Virus record (IMG/VR): IMGVR_UViG_3300025809_000009
From: an uncultured virus (IMG/VR IMGVR_UViG_3300025809_000009)
Lineage: Duplodnaviria; Heunggongvirae; Uroviricota; Caudoviricetes
Direction: 5' to 3' (one strand)
DNA length: 64,000 nt
The position numbers and the translations under genes were made by a program. Under the pieces are notes generated by a model. That model saw nothing but the letters and a program-made list of their open reading frames with translations. It was not told the origin of the DNA and made no database searches. This document shows, one piece after another, positions 1 through 9,543 of the stretch (its first letter is position 1; each line of letters begins with the position of its first letter).

Positions 1-1398
1 AAGCTGCCGGTTAGGTATGTTATGCTTAACCCTTTTGACGTTACAGCGAATAAAGCAAGCTCTTTTGAGTCGGGGGCGTACGAAAAAGTACTTTCAGAGT
101 ACGATATAGAAAGGTTAAAGAATCCAAAGACCGACTATGATCAAGAAGTATTTGATTCTCTAGACAAAAGCGTTAAGGATAAAATTGTTAACGGAAGCTA
201 TAACTCAGACGGAATAAATATAAAGCTTGACCCATCTAAATTAATATACTCATTTTATAAAAAGCAGGATTACGAACCTTTTGCTATTCCGTTTGGTTAT
301 CCAGTGCTAGACGATATTAACTTTAAATTAGAACTAAAAAAAATAGATCAAGCTATCTGTAGAACTATTGAGAATGTTATACTTCTCATAACAATGGGTG
401 CGGAGCCCGATAAGGGGGGCATTAACCCGAGAAACATGGAGGCCATGCAAAACTTATTCAAAAACGAAAGCGTGGGTCGAGTTTTAGTTAGCGACTACAC
501 CACTAAAGCTCAATTTATAATTCCAGATATAGGCAAGGTTGTTGGCCCCAGCAAATACGAAGTTATTAACGCCGATATAAAAGAAGGGCTTCAGAACGTT
601 ATAGTAGGGGATGAGAGGTATAGCAATACGCAGGTCAAAACAACAATCTTTATGGAAAGGCTAAAGGAATCTAGGAACGCTTTTTTGTATGATTTTCTTC
701 AGCCTCAAATAAAAATGGTTTGCCAGAATTTAGGTTTTAGAAAATACCCTGTCGTTAAATTTCAAGAGACAGACGTTAAAGATGAGGTCCAATTACAAAG
801 GGTCGCAACAAGACTTATGGAGCTGGGGGTTATCACTCCACAGCAAGGAATGGAGGTTCTAAACAAGGGAATATACCCCAATTCGGAGGATTTAGATTCC
901 GCTCAAAAAGAATTTATCAAACAAAGAAAAGATGGGATGTTTAACCCTATCGTTGGCGGAACCCCAATGATAAATCCCCCTGATCCCCCCGAAGGAAACG
1001 TTCAGAAGCCAAAAGCTAAGTCTGAAGTTGGAAGGCCTGTCGGGACTTCTGAGATACCGCAAGAGTCCAAGGCAAAGGATTTATACAGCAGAGAAGCTCT
1101 TCAGAGCGTTATATACCAAACCGAAGCTTTGAAGAAAACCGCTCAATCAGAGATGAAAAACAAATCATCAAAGAAGAGGTTAAGTAAGTCGGAAAAAAAC
1201 ATGCTTGACGAATTGTGCGCTTCCGTTATTATCTCCGAAGACTCGTCCAATTGGGACGAAAAGTTAAAACAGTGCATTGCCTCTTCTGCTAATATAGCAA
1301 AATTGGGCACTCAAATAGGAGTTCAAGATATAGCTTCCGAGCATCAGCTCGATTTATATTCTGCAGCATTACTCTTTCACAGCAAAAGGGGGCAATAA
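1..1398 (+). CDS. Probable phage portal protein, 5'-truncated by the window edge
   Basis: Frame is open from base 1 (aag ctg ccg gtt agg tat gtt atg). Portal-like segments (AIPFGYPVLDDI...ILLITMG...GRVLVSDYTTKAQFIIPD...MELGVITPQQG) followed by a Pro-rich GRP tail; lies next to virion genes. Confidence 0.6.
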   Translation, partial: KLPVRYVMLNPFDVTANKASSFESGAYEKVLSEYDIERLKNPKTDYDQEVFDSLDKSVKDKIVNGSYNSDGINIKLDPSKLIYSFYKKQDYEPFAIPFGYPVLDDINFKLELKKIDQAICRTIENVILLITMGAEPDKGGINPRNMEAMQNLFKNESVGRVLVSDYTTKAQFIIPDIGKVVGPSKYEVINADIKEGLQNVIVGDERYSNTQVKTTIFMERLKESRNAFLYDFLQPQIKMVCQNLGFRKYPVVKFQETDVKDEVQLQRVATRLMELGVITPQQGMEVLNKGIYPNSEDLDSAQKEFIKQRKDGMFNPIVGGTPMINPPDPPEGNVQKPKAKSEVGRPVGTSEIPQESKAKDLYSREALQSVIYQTEALKKTAQSEMKNKSSKKRLSKSEKNMLDELCASVIISEDSSNWDEKLKQCIASSANIAKLGTQIGVQDIASEHQLDLYSAALLFHSKRGQ

Positions 1399-1401
1399 GA
1401 C

Positions 1402-1932
1402 ATGGGCGCGTTCGAGACCTTCGTAAATGCTAACCTGGGTATAAGAAAACCTTTAATCTCTGATGTTGGGCCCCCTTCGGGAAGCTCGAAGGCTGCAGGG
1501 ATTATAGGTTCTGAATATATAGATACTGATAGTAATTTTTTGTATGAAAAAACTGGAGAAAATAATTTAAGCGACTGGGTATTCACAAGAAAGCTGGGAG
1601 ACCAGTCCAAAGATGAAGAGCTAGAGAATTCAGTTTCTATAATTTCTGGAAACTTGCAAGCATTAGATGATTCCATACACTCTTCTTCTTTCTCTTTACC
1701 CTCTGGAGCCAGTGAGGTCTCAATCAAATACTCGGACCTGGGGGTTGTAGGCTCATACTCTCAGAGCCCTGATATAAATATTAGTATGATTTCTCAATCC
1801 TCTTCTCCGCCGTTATCTTATTACTCTTATATGATATATGGAGTTTCCTCGACAGGTTTTAATGTTTCTTTTTCTTCAGAGATTAATGAATCTGATTTGA
1901 GTTTGGGTGTTTTATTAAAAGAATCTATTTAA
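1402..1932 (+). CDS. Putative virion decoration protein with C-terminal H-type-lectin-like beta domain
   Basis: Ser-rich; C-terminus YSQSPDINIS...YGVSSTGFNVSFS resembles the F/Y-x3-P-x-V...(S/T)-x-TGF pattern of phage fibre tip domains. Confidence 0.4.
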   Translation: MGAFETFVNANLGIRKPLISDVGPPSGSSKAAGIIGSEYIDTDSNFLYEKTGENNLSDWVFTRKLGDQSKDEELENSVSIISGNLQALDDSIHSSSFSLPSGASEVSIKYSDLGVVGSYSQSPDINISMISQSSSPPLSYYSYMIYGVSSTGFNVSFSSEINESDLSLGVLLKESI

Positions 1933-1983
1933 ATATCTACAAGAACATTAGAACATAAATTATATAACTTTCAATTAAAAACA

Positions 1984-1991
1984 GTGTATTA
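1984..1991 (+). promoter_or_regulatory. Putative phage late promoter motif GTGTATTA
   Basis: Starts 17 nt before the ATG at 2001; the same motif recurs before several other structural genes. Confidence 0.6.
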
Positions 1992-2000
1992 TATACTACC

Positions 2001-4631
2001 ATGACATGCAATCCAGAAAAAACGACTAAGATAATAATTCCCAGAGCAAGTGGGGAAGGCGGATTGGGACTTCCGGAAGTTGCCTGGGGCGCGGCGTATT
2101 TTAATAGCGGGCAATTTTCAAACATATACGTCAAGGACGATATTTATCTCAAGGGGAATATGTTTATTTGGGGAGAGGTCAATACTGTCAATTCTACAGT
2201 TCTAACTGTAAGAGACACAAACATTGTTATTGGAGATGCAGGTAGCGGAAATAACTCTGACGTTCTTGCTGACGGGGGAGGTTTTACGCTAAAAGGGAAT
2301 ACAGACAAAAGCATTCTGTGGAGGCTTTCTAACGACTCTTGGAATTTCAGTGATAGCGTTAAAATTTCAGGATCTTCATTGGTTGATGGTTCGTCTGTTA
2401 TTGAGGGAGATAATTATACAGTTTCCGATTCTTATATTGGTGGAGATTTTTCTGTCACCGGTTCGTCTCTTACCAAGGGCTCTTCTATCATCGAAGGATC
2501 TTCCGTTATTGAGGGAGATAACTATACAGTTTCCGATTCTTATATTGGTGGAGATTTTTCTGTCACCGGTTCGTCTCTTACCAAGGGCTCTTCTATCATC
2601 GAAGGATCTTCCGTTATTGAGGGAGATAACTATACAGTTTCCGATTCTTATATTGGTGGAGATTTTTCTGTCACCGGTTCGTCTCTTACCAAGGGCTCTT
2701 CTGTCATCGAAGGATCTTCCGTTATTGAAGGAAGCAATTATACAGTCACAAATTCTTATGTCGGCGGAAATTTTTATGTTACAGGAAGCAGTGTTATAGA
2801 TGGAGACTTGACAGTTAACGGAGAAAGCTTTATTGTTGAAGCTACCACGGTCAAGATCGAAGATAAAAACCTCGAGATAGGAATTTCTTCTACTGGTGCG
2901 GAAACAGACTCAACCGCAGATGGAGGAGGAATAACCCTTCATGGAGATGCCCCAAAAACTATTTTATGGAGCAACGCTACAGACTCTTGGGATTTAAGTG
3001 AAAATGTAGGGGTTGCTGATGGAAAATTCATTTTCTCCGACAAGTTAAGGGCTAGAGACTCTGCAGGATTAAGTCTTGAAGATGACGGCGGAAATGGAAT
3101 TTTTATTGAAGATGGTGGAGATGTAGGAATTGGAACGACTAATCCTGCCGTTGGTCTTGAGATAAATCATACGGATGCATTGAAAATTCCAAAGGGAACA
3201 ACTGTTCAGCGCCCAACTTCAAATTCAGCAACTCATAAAGGCTACATTAGATACAATACAACAACCGATCAATTCGAGGGTTTTGGGGCTGGAAATGCTT
3301 GGGGATCTCTTGGAGGAGTAGTTGATGTTGATCAGGATACTTATATTTCCGCTGAAAACTCTGCGGGATCAGATAATGATGAACTAAAGTTTTTTACTTC
3401 TGGTTCTCCCAGAGCTATTATTGATTCAGCTGGCAATGTAGGTATTGGTACTACGAGTCCTGTGCACAAGTTGCAGATAGATGCAGGAACTCTTTATGCG
3501 GCAACAAGGTCTGTTGTAGATAATTTGTCATGGGATATGGGAGTTGCGGGTTCTACTGCCAGCAACGCAGACTTAAGGGGTAAATTTTACATGTGGGACG
3601 CGACTAATAGTCAGACAAGGTTTGTGATCGACGCCAACGGCAATGTAGGTATTGGTACTACGAATCCTGGCGAAAGACTTGACGTTAATGGAAGAATTTA
3701 TATAGGAAACTCTTCAGCCCCAGTAACAACAACAAACAGGCTTTATTCTGTTGGGGGAATTTTATATTGGGACGGAGAAAACGTTCTTCACGCAAGAGAT
3801 ACCATTGGAGAGATGGAAGATACCTCGATTGGAACAAAATCAAATGGTCAGGTTTTAATATGGAACGCTACTTCTTCTAAATGGGTTAATAACGCTTTAA
3901 CTGGTGGCAACGGAATTGATGTAACTAACGCTGCTGGAGGTATAACAATATCTCACACAGACACATCTTCCGCAGCCTCCTCTAACAATTCTGGAAGAAC
4001 TTATATTCAAGATATAGGGTTGGATACATATGGACATGTTACGTCGCTTAGCACCGCTACAGAAACGGTTGTAGACACCAACACAACTTACACTGCGGGA
4101 ACTGGGTTGGATTTAACGGGTACAACATTCAGCGTGGAGTCAGATTTGCGTGGAGAAGTAACGCTTATAGGTTCGAGTACAAACGATTATGTTCAAGTCA
4201 CAAGCTCCCTAATTAATTTTGCAAAAGGCGGGGTTGTAAAGATGCAACTACAAAACGGTGGCGATCTTCATGTAGATGGTGACGTTTTAGCATTCTCTTC
4301 GACAGTCTCCGACGAAAGACTCAAAGATAACGCAACCGAAATAAAAGGAGCTCTCAATAAAATAGAGGCAATGAGGGGCGTCAGTTATACTTGGAATAAA
4401 GGCTCAAGAAAAGACCAAAAAGATATCGGGGTTATAGCTCAAGAAGTCGAGCAAGTGATTCCTGAAATAGTTAGAGAGCATAAATTTGAGGTTGGAGAAT
4501 TCGAAGGCGACGAAACCAAATACAAAACCGTTGATTATGAAAAACTTAGCGCTGTCCTCATTGAGGCCGTAAAGGAGTTGTCTGCAAAAGTAAAAACTTT
4601 AGAAAAAATAGTATCAGATACCCAAGTTTAA
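2001..4631 (+). CDS. Tail fibre/spike protein with C-terminal peptidase S74 intramolecular chaperone
   Basis: Repeated GNVGIGTT(N/S)P fibre motifs and GYIRYNTTTDQFEG. C-terminal SDERLKDN...IGVIAQEVEQVIPEIV...VDYEKLSAVLIEAVKEL is the S74 signature. Confidence 0.88.
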   Translation: MTCNPEKTTKIIIPRASGEGGLGLPEVAWGAAYFNSGQFSNIYVKDDIYLKGNMFIWGEVNTVNSTVLTVRDTNIVIGDAGSGNNSDVLADGGGFTLKGNTDKSILWRLSNDSWNFSDSVKISGSSLVDGSSVIEGDNYTVSDSYIGGDFSVTGSSLTKGSSIIEGSSVIEGDNYTVSDSYIGGDFSVTGSSLTKGSSIIEGSSVIEGDNYTVSDSYIGGDFSVTGSSLTKGSSVIEGSSVIEGSNYTVTNSYVGGNFYVTGSSVIDGDLTVNGESFIVEATTVKIEDKNLEIGISSTGAETDSTADGGGITLHGDAPKTILWSNATDSWDLSENVGVADGKFIFSDKLRARDSAGLSLEDDGGNGIFIEDGGDVGIGTTNPAVGLEINHTDALKIPKGTTVQRPTSNSATHKGYIRYNTTTDQFEGFGAGNAWGSLGGVVDVDQDTYISAENSAGSDNDELKFFTSGSPRAIIDSAGNVGIGTTSPVHKLQIDAGTLYAATRSVVDNLSWDMGVAGSTASNADLRGKFYMWDATNSQTRFVIDANGNVGIGTTNPGERLDVNGRIYIGNSSAPVTTTNRLYSVGGILYWDGENVLHARDTIGEMEDTSIGTKSNGQVLIWNATSSKWVNNALTGGNGIDVTNAAGGITISHTDTSSAASSNNSGRTYIQDIGLDTYGHVTSLSTATETVVDTNTTYTAGTGLDLTGTTFSVESDLRGEVTLIGSSTNDYVQVTSSLINFAKGGVVKMQLQNGGDLHVDGDVLAFSSTVSDERLKDNATEIKGALNKIEAMRGVSYTWNKGSRKDQKDIGVIAQEVEQVIPEIVREHKFEVGEFEGDETKYKTVDYEKLSAVLIEAVKELSAKVKTLEKIVSDTQV
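2388..2790 (+). repeat. 108-nt coding tandem repeat (36 aa): three near-identical copies plus a degenerate fourth
   Basis: gagggagataa occurs at 2403, 2511 and 2619; unit SSVIEGDNYTVSDSYIGGDFSVTGSSLTKGSSIIEG. Confidence 0.95.
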
Positions 4632-5311
4632 TCTAGGGCTTTTTGGTTTCTTGTTATAATCTCAAACATTTGTTGTTTTTGTTGTGGTGTAGATTTGTGC
4701 CACTTGTACATAATGTCCTCGCGAATATATTTCATGTTTTTATTCATTTTTTGTATTTCGGATTTTAATTGATGTATAAATTCAGGGGTTATTGTTTTGA
4801 TTTTGACGTTTAACTCTAATGCCACTTGAAGTATTTTTCTGAAATCCCCCCCCTGTTTGCCTTTCACGGCTTCATTGTATAGTTCCAGCCGATCTTCAAT
4901 TTCGTCGTCTGTTAGGTTTTTATTTAAGTCGGGGTGAGTTTTCTTGACTATCTCGCGGAACAATTCATTCATGTCTCCATCTGATAAGTTTTCTTTTTGT
5001 TTTTTTTCCGGAGCGACTGACTCAAATGGGTCTTGTATTTTTTTGTTTTTACAATACTCTAGCATCTTGCTTATGAACCTATGACGAACTTCTTCAAATT
5101 CTTCAACTAGTTCTTCATATTCCATACTAAGATATAAAGCTTTATGCCGTAATTTTTTAAATTGTTTTCTTAATTGTTTTTGGGCTTGTGGAGCAGAGTA
5201 TTTTACAGGAAGATTTTCTTTTGCGTATTTTTTGTTTTCTGGTTGATATACTCCCAACTCATATTTTTCTTTTTCTCCAAAGAGATCATTAAACAAATCT
5301 TTTCTATTCAT
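4628..5311 (-). CDS. J-domain (DnaJ-like) co-chaperone with N-terminal coiled coil
   Basis: ELFREIVKKTHPDLN...RLELYNEAV: helix II, HPD motif and helix III of a J domain. Confidence 0.75.
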   Translation of the reverse strand: MNRKDLFNDLFGEKEKYELGVYQPENKKYAKENLPVKYSAPQAQKQLRKQFKKLRHKALYLSMEYEELVEEFEEVRHRFISKMLEYCKNKKIQDPFESVAPEKKQKENLSDGDMNELFREIVKKTHPDLNKNLTDDEIEDRLELYNEAVKGKQGGDFRKILQVALELNVKIKTITPEFIHQLKSEIQKMNKNMKYIREDIMYKWHKSTPQQKQQMFEIITRNQKALD

Positions 5312-5317
5312 ATATTA

Positions 5318-5325
5318 TTTTACAC
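5318..5325 (-). promoter_or_regulatory. Putative late promoter motif GTGTAAAA
   Basis: Starts 14 nt upstream of the ATG at 5311, immediately after a terminator. Confidence 0.55.
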
Positions 5326-5351
5326 AAAAAAGGCGACCCCGAAGGGTCGCC
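5326..5351 (-). terminator. Rho-independent terminator of the 5381..6166 gene
   Basis: On the minus strand GGCGACCC-TTCG-GGGTCGCC (8-bp stem, UUCG loop) is followed by TTTTTT. Confidence 0.9.
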
Positions 5352-5380
5352 CAAGAATTAAATCTTGCTCGTGTTACTGA

Positions 5381-6166
5381 TTATCCGATTGACGCAATCA
5401 ATTCCACTGAATAATTAGCGGAAGGAACTGAGTCTGCGAATGTTACAGTAGCAGCCGATGTACTTACTGCTGAAACCATGCATGCAATGATTGGATCACT
5501 TGCATCTGTACTTCTCAGGAGTGCAACAACAACTGGTGTTGAAGCGAATATTCTACCGAAGCTTATTGAACCAGAATTGTCTGACCCATTAGTTACTGTA
5601 GAGCTAATTGCTACTACATCATTGGATGCAACCGCAGCATTTAAAGAAGAAATGTCAACGCTAAGGTCGGATTCGTTCTTTACGTCTTCAGCTTGTAAGC
5701 TAGAAACGTCAACGCTAAGGTCGGATTCGTTCTTTACGTCTTCAGCTTGTAAGCTGGAGATGTCAACGCTAAGGTCGGATTCGTTCTTTACGTCTTCAGC
5801 TTGTAAGCTAGAAACGTCAACGCTAAGGTCGGATTCGTTCTTTACGTCTTCAGCTTGTAAGCTGGAGATTTCAGTGTTAGTATCACTTTCGTCGATTACT
5901 CTCTGAGCTTGCAAAGAAGAAATGTCAACGCTAAGGTCGGATTCGTTCTTTACGTCTTCAGCTTGTAAGCTGGAGATTTCAGTGTTAGTATCACTTTCGT
6001 CGATTACTCTCTGAGCTTGTAAGCTTGAGATATCAGCTTCGATTGTAGCTTTACTCATTAGTGTGGATCCGCCTGCGCTCTGAATTTCGAACGCGCCAGC
6101 TCCACTCGAGGCCAATCGGATATTGTCCGATAGGCTTAATGTTTCGGTACGGAATACCTTTGCCAT
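5381..6166 (-). CDS. Putative fibre/decoration protein: coiled-coil repeat shaft plus C-terminal H-type-lectin-like domain
   Basis: Seven 18-aa repeats, then ISFGRIFASTPVVVA...VSTSAATVTF; has its own terminator. Confidence 0.55.
   Translation of the reverse strand: MAKVFRTETLSLSDNIRLASSGAGAFEIQSAGGSTLMSKATIEADISSLQAQRVIDESDTNTEISSLQAEDVKNESDLSVDISSLQAQRVIDESDTNTEISSLQAEDVKNESDLSVDVSSLQAEDVKNESDLSVDISSLQAEDVKNESDLSVDVSSLQAEDVKNESDLSVDISSLNAAVASNDVVAISSTVTNGSDNSGSISFGRIFASTPVVVALLRSTDASDPIIACMVSAVSTSAATVTFADSVPSANYSVELIASIG
5640..6034 (-). repeat. 54-nt coding tandem repeat, seven units of two types (ABABBBB)
   Basis: Units SSLQAQRVIDESDTNTEI (A) and SSLQAEDVKNESDLSVD[IV] (B), nearly identical at DNA level. 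Confidence 0.95.
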
Positions 6167-6174
6167 TACTATTA

Positions 6175-6206
6175 ATTACGTTTAAAAAAAGCTTTTGGGA
6201 ACTTTT
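6175..6206 (-). promoter_or_regulatory. Putative bipartite promoter AAAAGTTCCC-N17-GTAAT
   Basis: Same elements and same 17-nt spacing as upstream of the tail tube gene (61981-62012). Confidence 0.45.
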
Positions 6207-6248
6207 ATTTTTTCTGCAACCCTGATAAACAAAGGGTTTTAAGGTTTT

Positions 6249-8444
6249 TTAGCTACACCAATAGCTCATGAATATTTTTTTTAATTCATGCGGGTAGGCC
6301 ATAAAATGTAATATAAATGTATCTTCGTTCACTAATCTTGGATCTGTGTTAAATTCGTTCATTTCAAATATTTTTCTATTAAGTCCGTAACCATCAGATT
6401 TTCGTAGAATTTCGCATAATATTTCTTGATCCCCTCCGCTAGCATACAGCGAAGATTTGTCTCCTTTGAAGTCTCTCCATTTTGTGATTAAGTTTTTTGT
6501 GTATTGATGAGATTTAAGAAAAAATACTCCGCTGTTCAACATGCAATTGTCGCCGATATCTTTTGTGGCAAGTATAAATTTCTTAGGAGCTTTTTCTATA
6601 ATTGACTCGAGTTTTTTTTCTGGATTAAAAATTAAAGTGTCTGAATCCATCCATACGATATAGTCGTGATCATCGATATGATTCAGTAGCGCTTGAGATT
6701 TCGACCAGTTTGGGCTTCCGTTTTTGTCTAAACTTTCTCTGTAGACGTAAAAGCTGTAACCTTGTTTGTCGCAGTATTCTTTTATAGAATTTTCTGAGTG
6801 AATTGCGTAGTCTGCTATTTCTTTTGTATATAAGCTAACTATAGCTATTTTTTGGCCTGAATTATATTTGCTAAATTTATCCTCAGGTATCTTAGGGTTG
6901 GGTAATTGACTTGAGAAATATTTAAGGAAGTTATAATCTTTAAATTTTTGCCACTGATCTTTAAGGTTTATGAGTTCTTTTTGTTTTATATTATTATTTT
7001 TATGCACGCAAGACTGATCTCTCCAGGAGCAAGTCCAATAAGTTACGGCATACGCCTCGGGAAAACAAGCCTTTGGGTCTTCAAGCCATTTTTTATTTAT
7101 AGAATTATTTGCCGCAGAACCATTCGTATCCCAACTTATTGGATAAAAAATATCAGGGTCAAGTATTTTCATATTTTTTGGCTTAAGCCTTTCGAGGCAC
7201 TCAAAGAGGAAGATTGGACCAGTTGCTATTTCTGGAGGAGTGGGGTCTCCGTTTTTGAAATATTTATATTCTGGTAGAAGATCTACGCAATCTATCCAGA
7301 AGTCTTCTCCGGGGGAAGAGTATTTGAATGCATTGGGAATTTCATTTTTATTTATTATATGATCTCTTTCTTTCATTTTTTGTTTACCTAGAACCATAGT
7401 CTCGCCAGCAAACAAATCATCTAGAGGCTTTAAGCATTTAAAATCCAAATCAACATACACCCCTCCGTACCTATGCATGTAAAAAAACCTAGCAACATCT
7501 GCCCTGTCTATCGGATTCTCGTAAGAGTCGTATATTTCTAGATATTTTGGATAATGATTTTTTACTAAATCGCGATTATTTTCATCTGTCCATAATATAT
7601 ATTGCCAGTCGGGATTTTTGTTTTTCCAGGAATCTACCCAATCTTTTTTGTATATATGGTTCGGGATATTTCGGTCTTTCCAGCTTTGGTGAATTATTTT
7701 TGTTACCTTTTGTTCCTCAAACTTATCTTGGTTGCTTCTGATGTCTGAATTATTATCTATTGATGTATTTCCGTTTTCTTCATGTAATTGCCTTGACATA
7801 AGGGGGTTTAAGTGAAATACAGATTCAGGGTTTCTTTTTGGTAAATCATCTTTAAAGAACTTAATCATAAAATGATCAACCGCAGAACTCATGCCGTCTT
7901 TTTCTATTGAGCTGCAAAATAACTCTGCCGCATTTTTACTTATCACATAAGAGCTGGTAGTCATATGCCAATAATTGTCTCCTTTAGAGAAGTGATCATT
8001 TTTTTTGATGTTATTGAAATATTTATTATAACAATTTAAGACTTCAGGGTATTTTGCTTTGTTCCATGGCTGGCAACCGCCGAGATATATTAAATTATAA
8101 TTATCCGGAATATTTTTGCAAAAAACATAGTTCCAGTAATCTTCAAATTTTTCATTAAATACAACATCATCCTCTAGGATTAAATAACTATCAGAACTTT
8201 CATCGAGGGTTAATTTTTTCCATAACCTGTAATGACTCAAGCAGCAAGCTATTTCTGCTTTTGTTAGTTTATTTAAGCATTTTTTAAATATCTTTTTTAT
8301 TTCTTCATTAAGCTCTAGGTTTTTTGCGTCAACAGCGGAGGACCTTTCTGCTGAAAATGGTAGACTTTTATTTATATGTTCTAGTCTGTCTGTTCTTCGG
8401 TCGAGATTTATAAAGAAAGCTTTACTTATTTTTTTTAATGTCAT
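6249..8444 (-). CDS. Three-domain glycosyltransferase (GT25-like + GT32-like + GT34-like)
   Basis: GT25: INLDRRTDR...EIACCLSHYRLW...ILEDD. GT32: KIIHQSWK...DVARFFYMHRYGGVYVDLD. GT34: WSK...WMDSD...NSGVF...DQE. Confidence 0.85.
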   Translation of the reverse strand: MTLKKISKAFFINLDRRTDRLEHINKSLPFSAERSSAVDAKNLELNEEIKKIFKKCLNKLTKAEIACCLSHYRLWKKLTLDESSDSYLILEDDVVFNEKFEDYWNYVFCKNIPDNYNLIYLGGCQPWNKAKYPEVLNCYNKYFNNIKKNDHFSKGDNYWHMTTSSYVISKNAAELFCSSIEKDGMSSAVDHFMIKFFKDDLPKRNPESVFHLNPLMSRQLHEENGNTSIDNNSDIRSNQDKFEEQKVTKIIHQSWKDRNIPNHIYKKDWVDSWKNKNPDWQYILWTDENNRDLVKNHYPKYLEIYDSYENPIDRADVARFFYMHRYGGVYVDLDFKCLKPLDDLFAGETMVLGKQKMKERDHIINKNEIPNAFKYSSPGEDFWIDCVDLLPEYKYFKNGDPTPPEIATGPIFLFECLERLKPKNMKILDPDIFYPISWDTNGSAANNSINKKWLEDPKACFPEAYAVTYWTCSWRDQSCVHKNNNIKQKELINLKDQWQKFKDYNFLKYFSSQLPNPKIPEDKFSKYNSGQKIAIVSLYTKEIADYAIHSENSIKEYCDKQGYSFYVYRESLDKNGSPNWSKSQALLNHIDDHDYIVWMDSDTLIFNPEKKLESIIEKAPKKFILATKDIGDNCMLNSGVFFLKSHQYTKNLITKWRDFKGDKSSLYASGGDQEILCEILRKSDGYGLNRKIFEMNEFNTDPRLVNEDTFILHFMAYPHELKKIFMSYWCS

Positions 8445-9543
8445 CTATTATTTTTGAAAAAATGTTTATGGTTTTTGTTTCGAATGGGCTAAACTCTTTT
8501 AATTTCTCTCTTGCTTGCTGAGTGTATTGATCTTGAACTTCTTCGTGATTTATCATTGCGCTATAAAGCTGATTGGATCCCCCTAGGATGTCGTGTTTTT
8601 CATAATAATATCCGATATCACAAAGACCTGGGCAGTTGTGAATTAATGGTAAGCCCATATATAACTGCTCAAAGTTTGCGTAATTATATTGATTATCTTC
8701 CTGGTGGCTCACTATAACGCTTCCAAACTTACTTAACGCATCGAGTGATGACCATCTATTATTAAAATAACAAAAATCTTTCTTTTGCAGTATATCTAAT
8801 CTTTTAACGAACGCTTCAAAATATTTTCTTTCTCTGATTCTTTCTGCACAAAAAACATTTATGGATTCTATATTATTGGGTTTCCTAAACTCCAGTCTTT
8901 CGCAGATCATTAATGGTACCATGCAGGTTTTTAGCATGTTGATATTTGGCTCAAAAATACAAACTTTTTTAGAGAACTCTTTTTTGAAAAATGGAGATAA
9001 GTTTTTGTTTTTTAATTTATTTATCTCTTCCTGGACAAATGACGGCTCCCATATCATGGGTGTTGTTATTACATTATCGTTTCCATAGTAGGTTTTTATA
9101 TACTCTTTGCCTGATTCGTGGTGGGGTAATATCCATATTTGATCTATATCCTTACCGAAAGATTTTGGGTTTAACTCGTAATGTTTGTTGGGATATCTTG
9201 TTGAGAATATCGTGTTAAATGTATCAATGTTTAATTTATGGCCGAAATGAGCGACTATAACTTTTAGTTTTTCGTTTCTTTGTTTAAGTTTTTTTACAGC
9301 ATTCGCGGGAATATCATATCCAGCAATAATTAATAAGTCAAACTTTTCATTGCCATCCTCCATTAAATCTGTAAATAGCATACCTGTATGCTTGAAGTGT
9401 ATTTTGTTTTTGGGTTTTTCTTTTACTATATAATGACATTCGTGACCTATTCTTTTGAATAAATCGTATAAAAATGTTATGTGTTGTTGCATTCCGCTAG
9501 CCCAAAAAGCCGTGGACATATCAAGTGTGATTCCTATTTTCAT
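8422..9543 (-). CDS. DUF2827-like putative GT-B glycosyltransferase
   Basis: MKIGITL...FWASGMQQHITFL, IFEPNINMLKTCMVP, VSHQEDNQYNY...PLIHN...GYYY; paralogue of 9540..10619. Confidence 0.7.
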   Translation of the reverse strand: MKIGITLDMSTAFWASGMQQHITFLYDLFKRIGHECHYIVKEKPKNKIHFKHTGMLFTDLMEDGNEKFDLLIIAGYDIPANAVKKLKQRNEKLKVIVAHFGHKLNIDTFNTIFSTRYPNKHYELNPKSFGKDIDQIWILPHHESGKEYIKTYYGNDNVITTPMIWEPSFVQEEINKLKNKNLSPFFKKEFSKKVCIFEPNINMLKTCMVPLMICERLEFRKPNNIESINVFCAERIRERKYFEAFVKRLDILQKKDFCYFNNRWSSLDALSKFGSVIVSHQEDNQYNYANFEQLYMGLPLIHNCPGLCDIGYYYEKHDILGGSNQLYSAMINHEEVQDQYTQQAREKLKEFSPFETKTINIFSKIIDDIKKNK

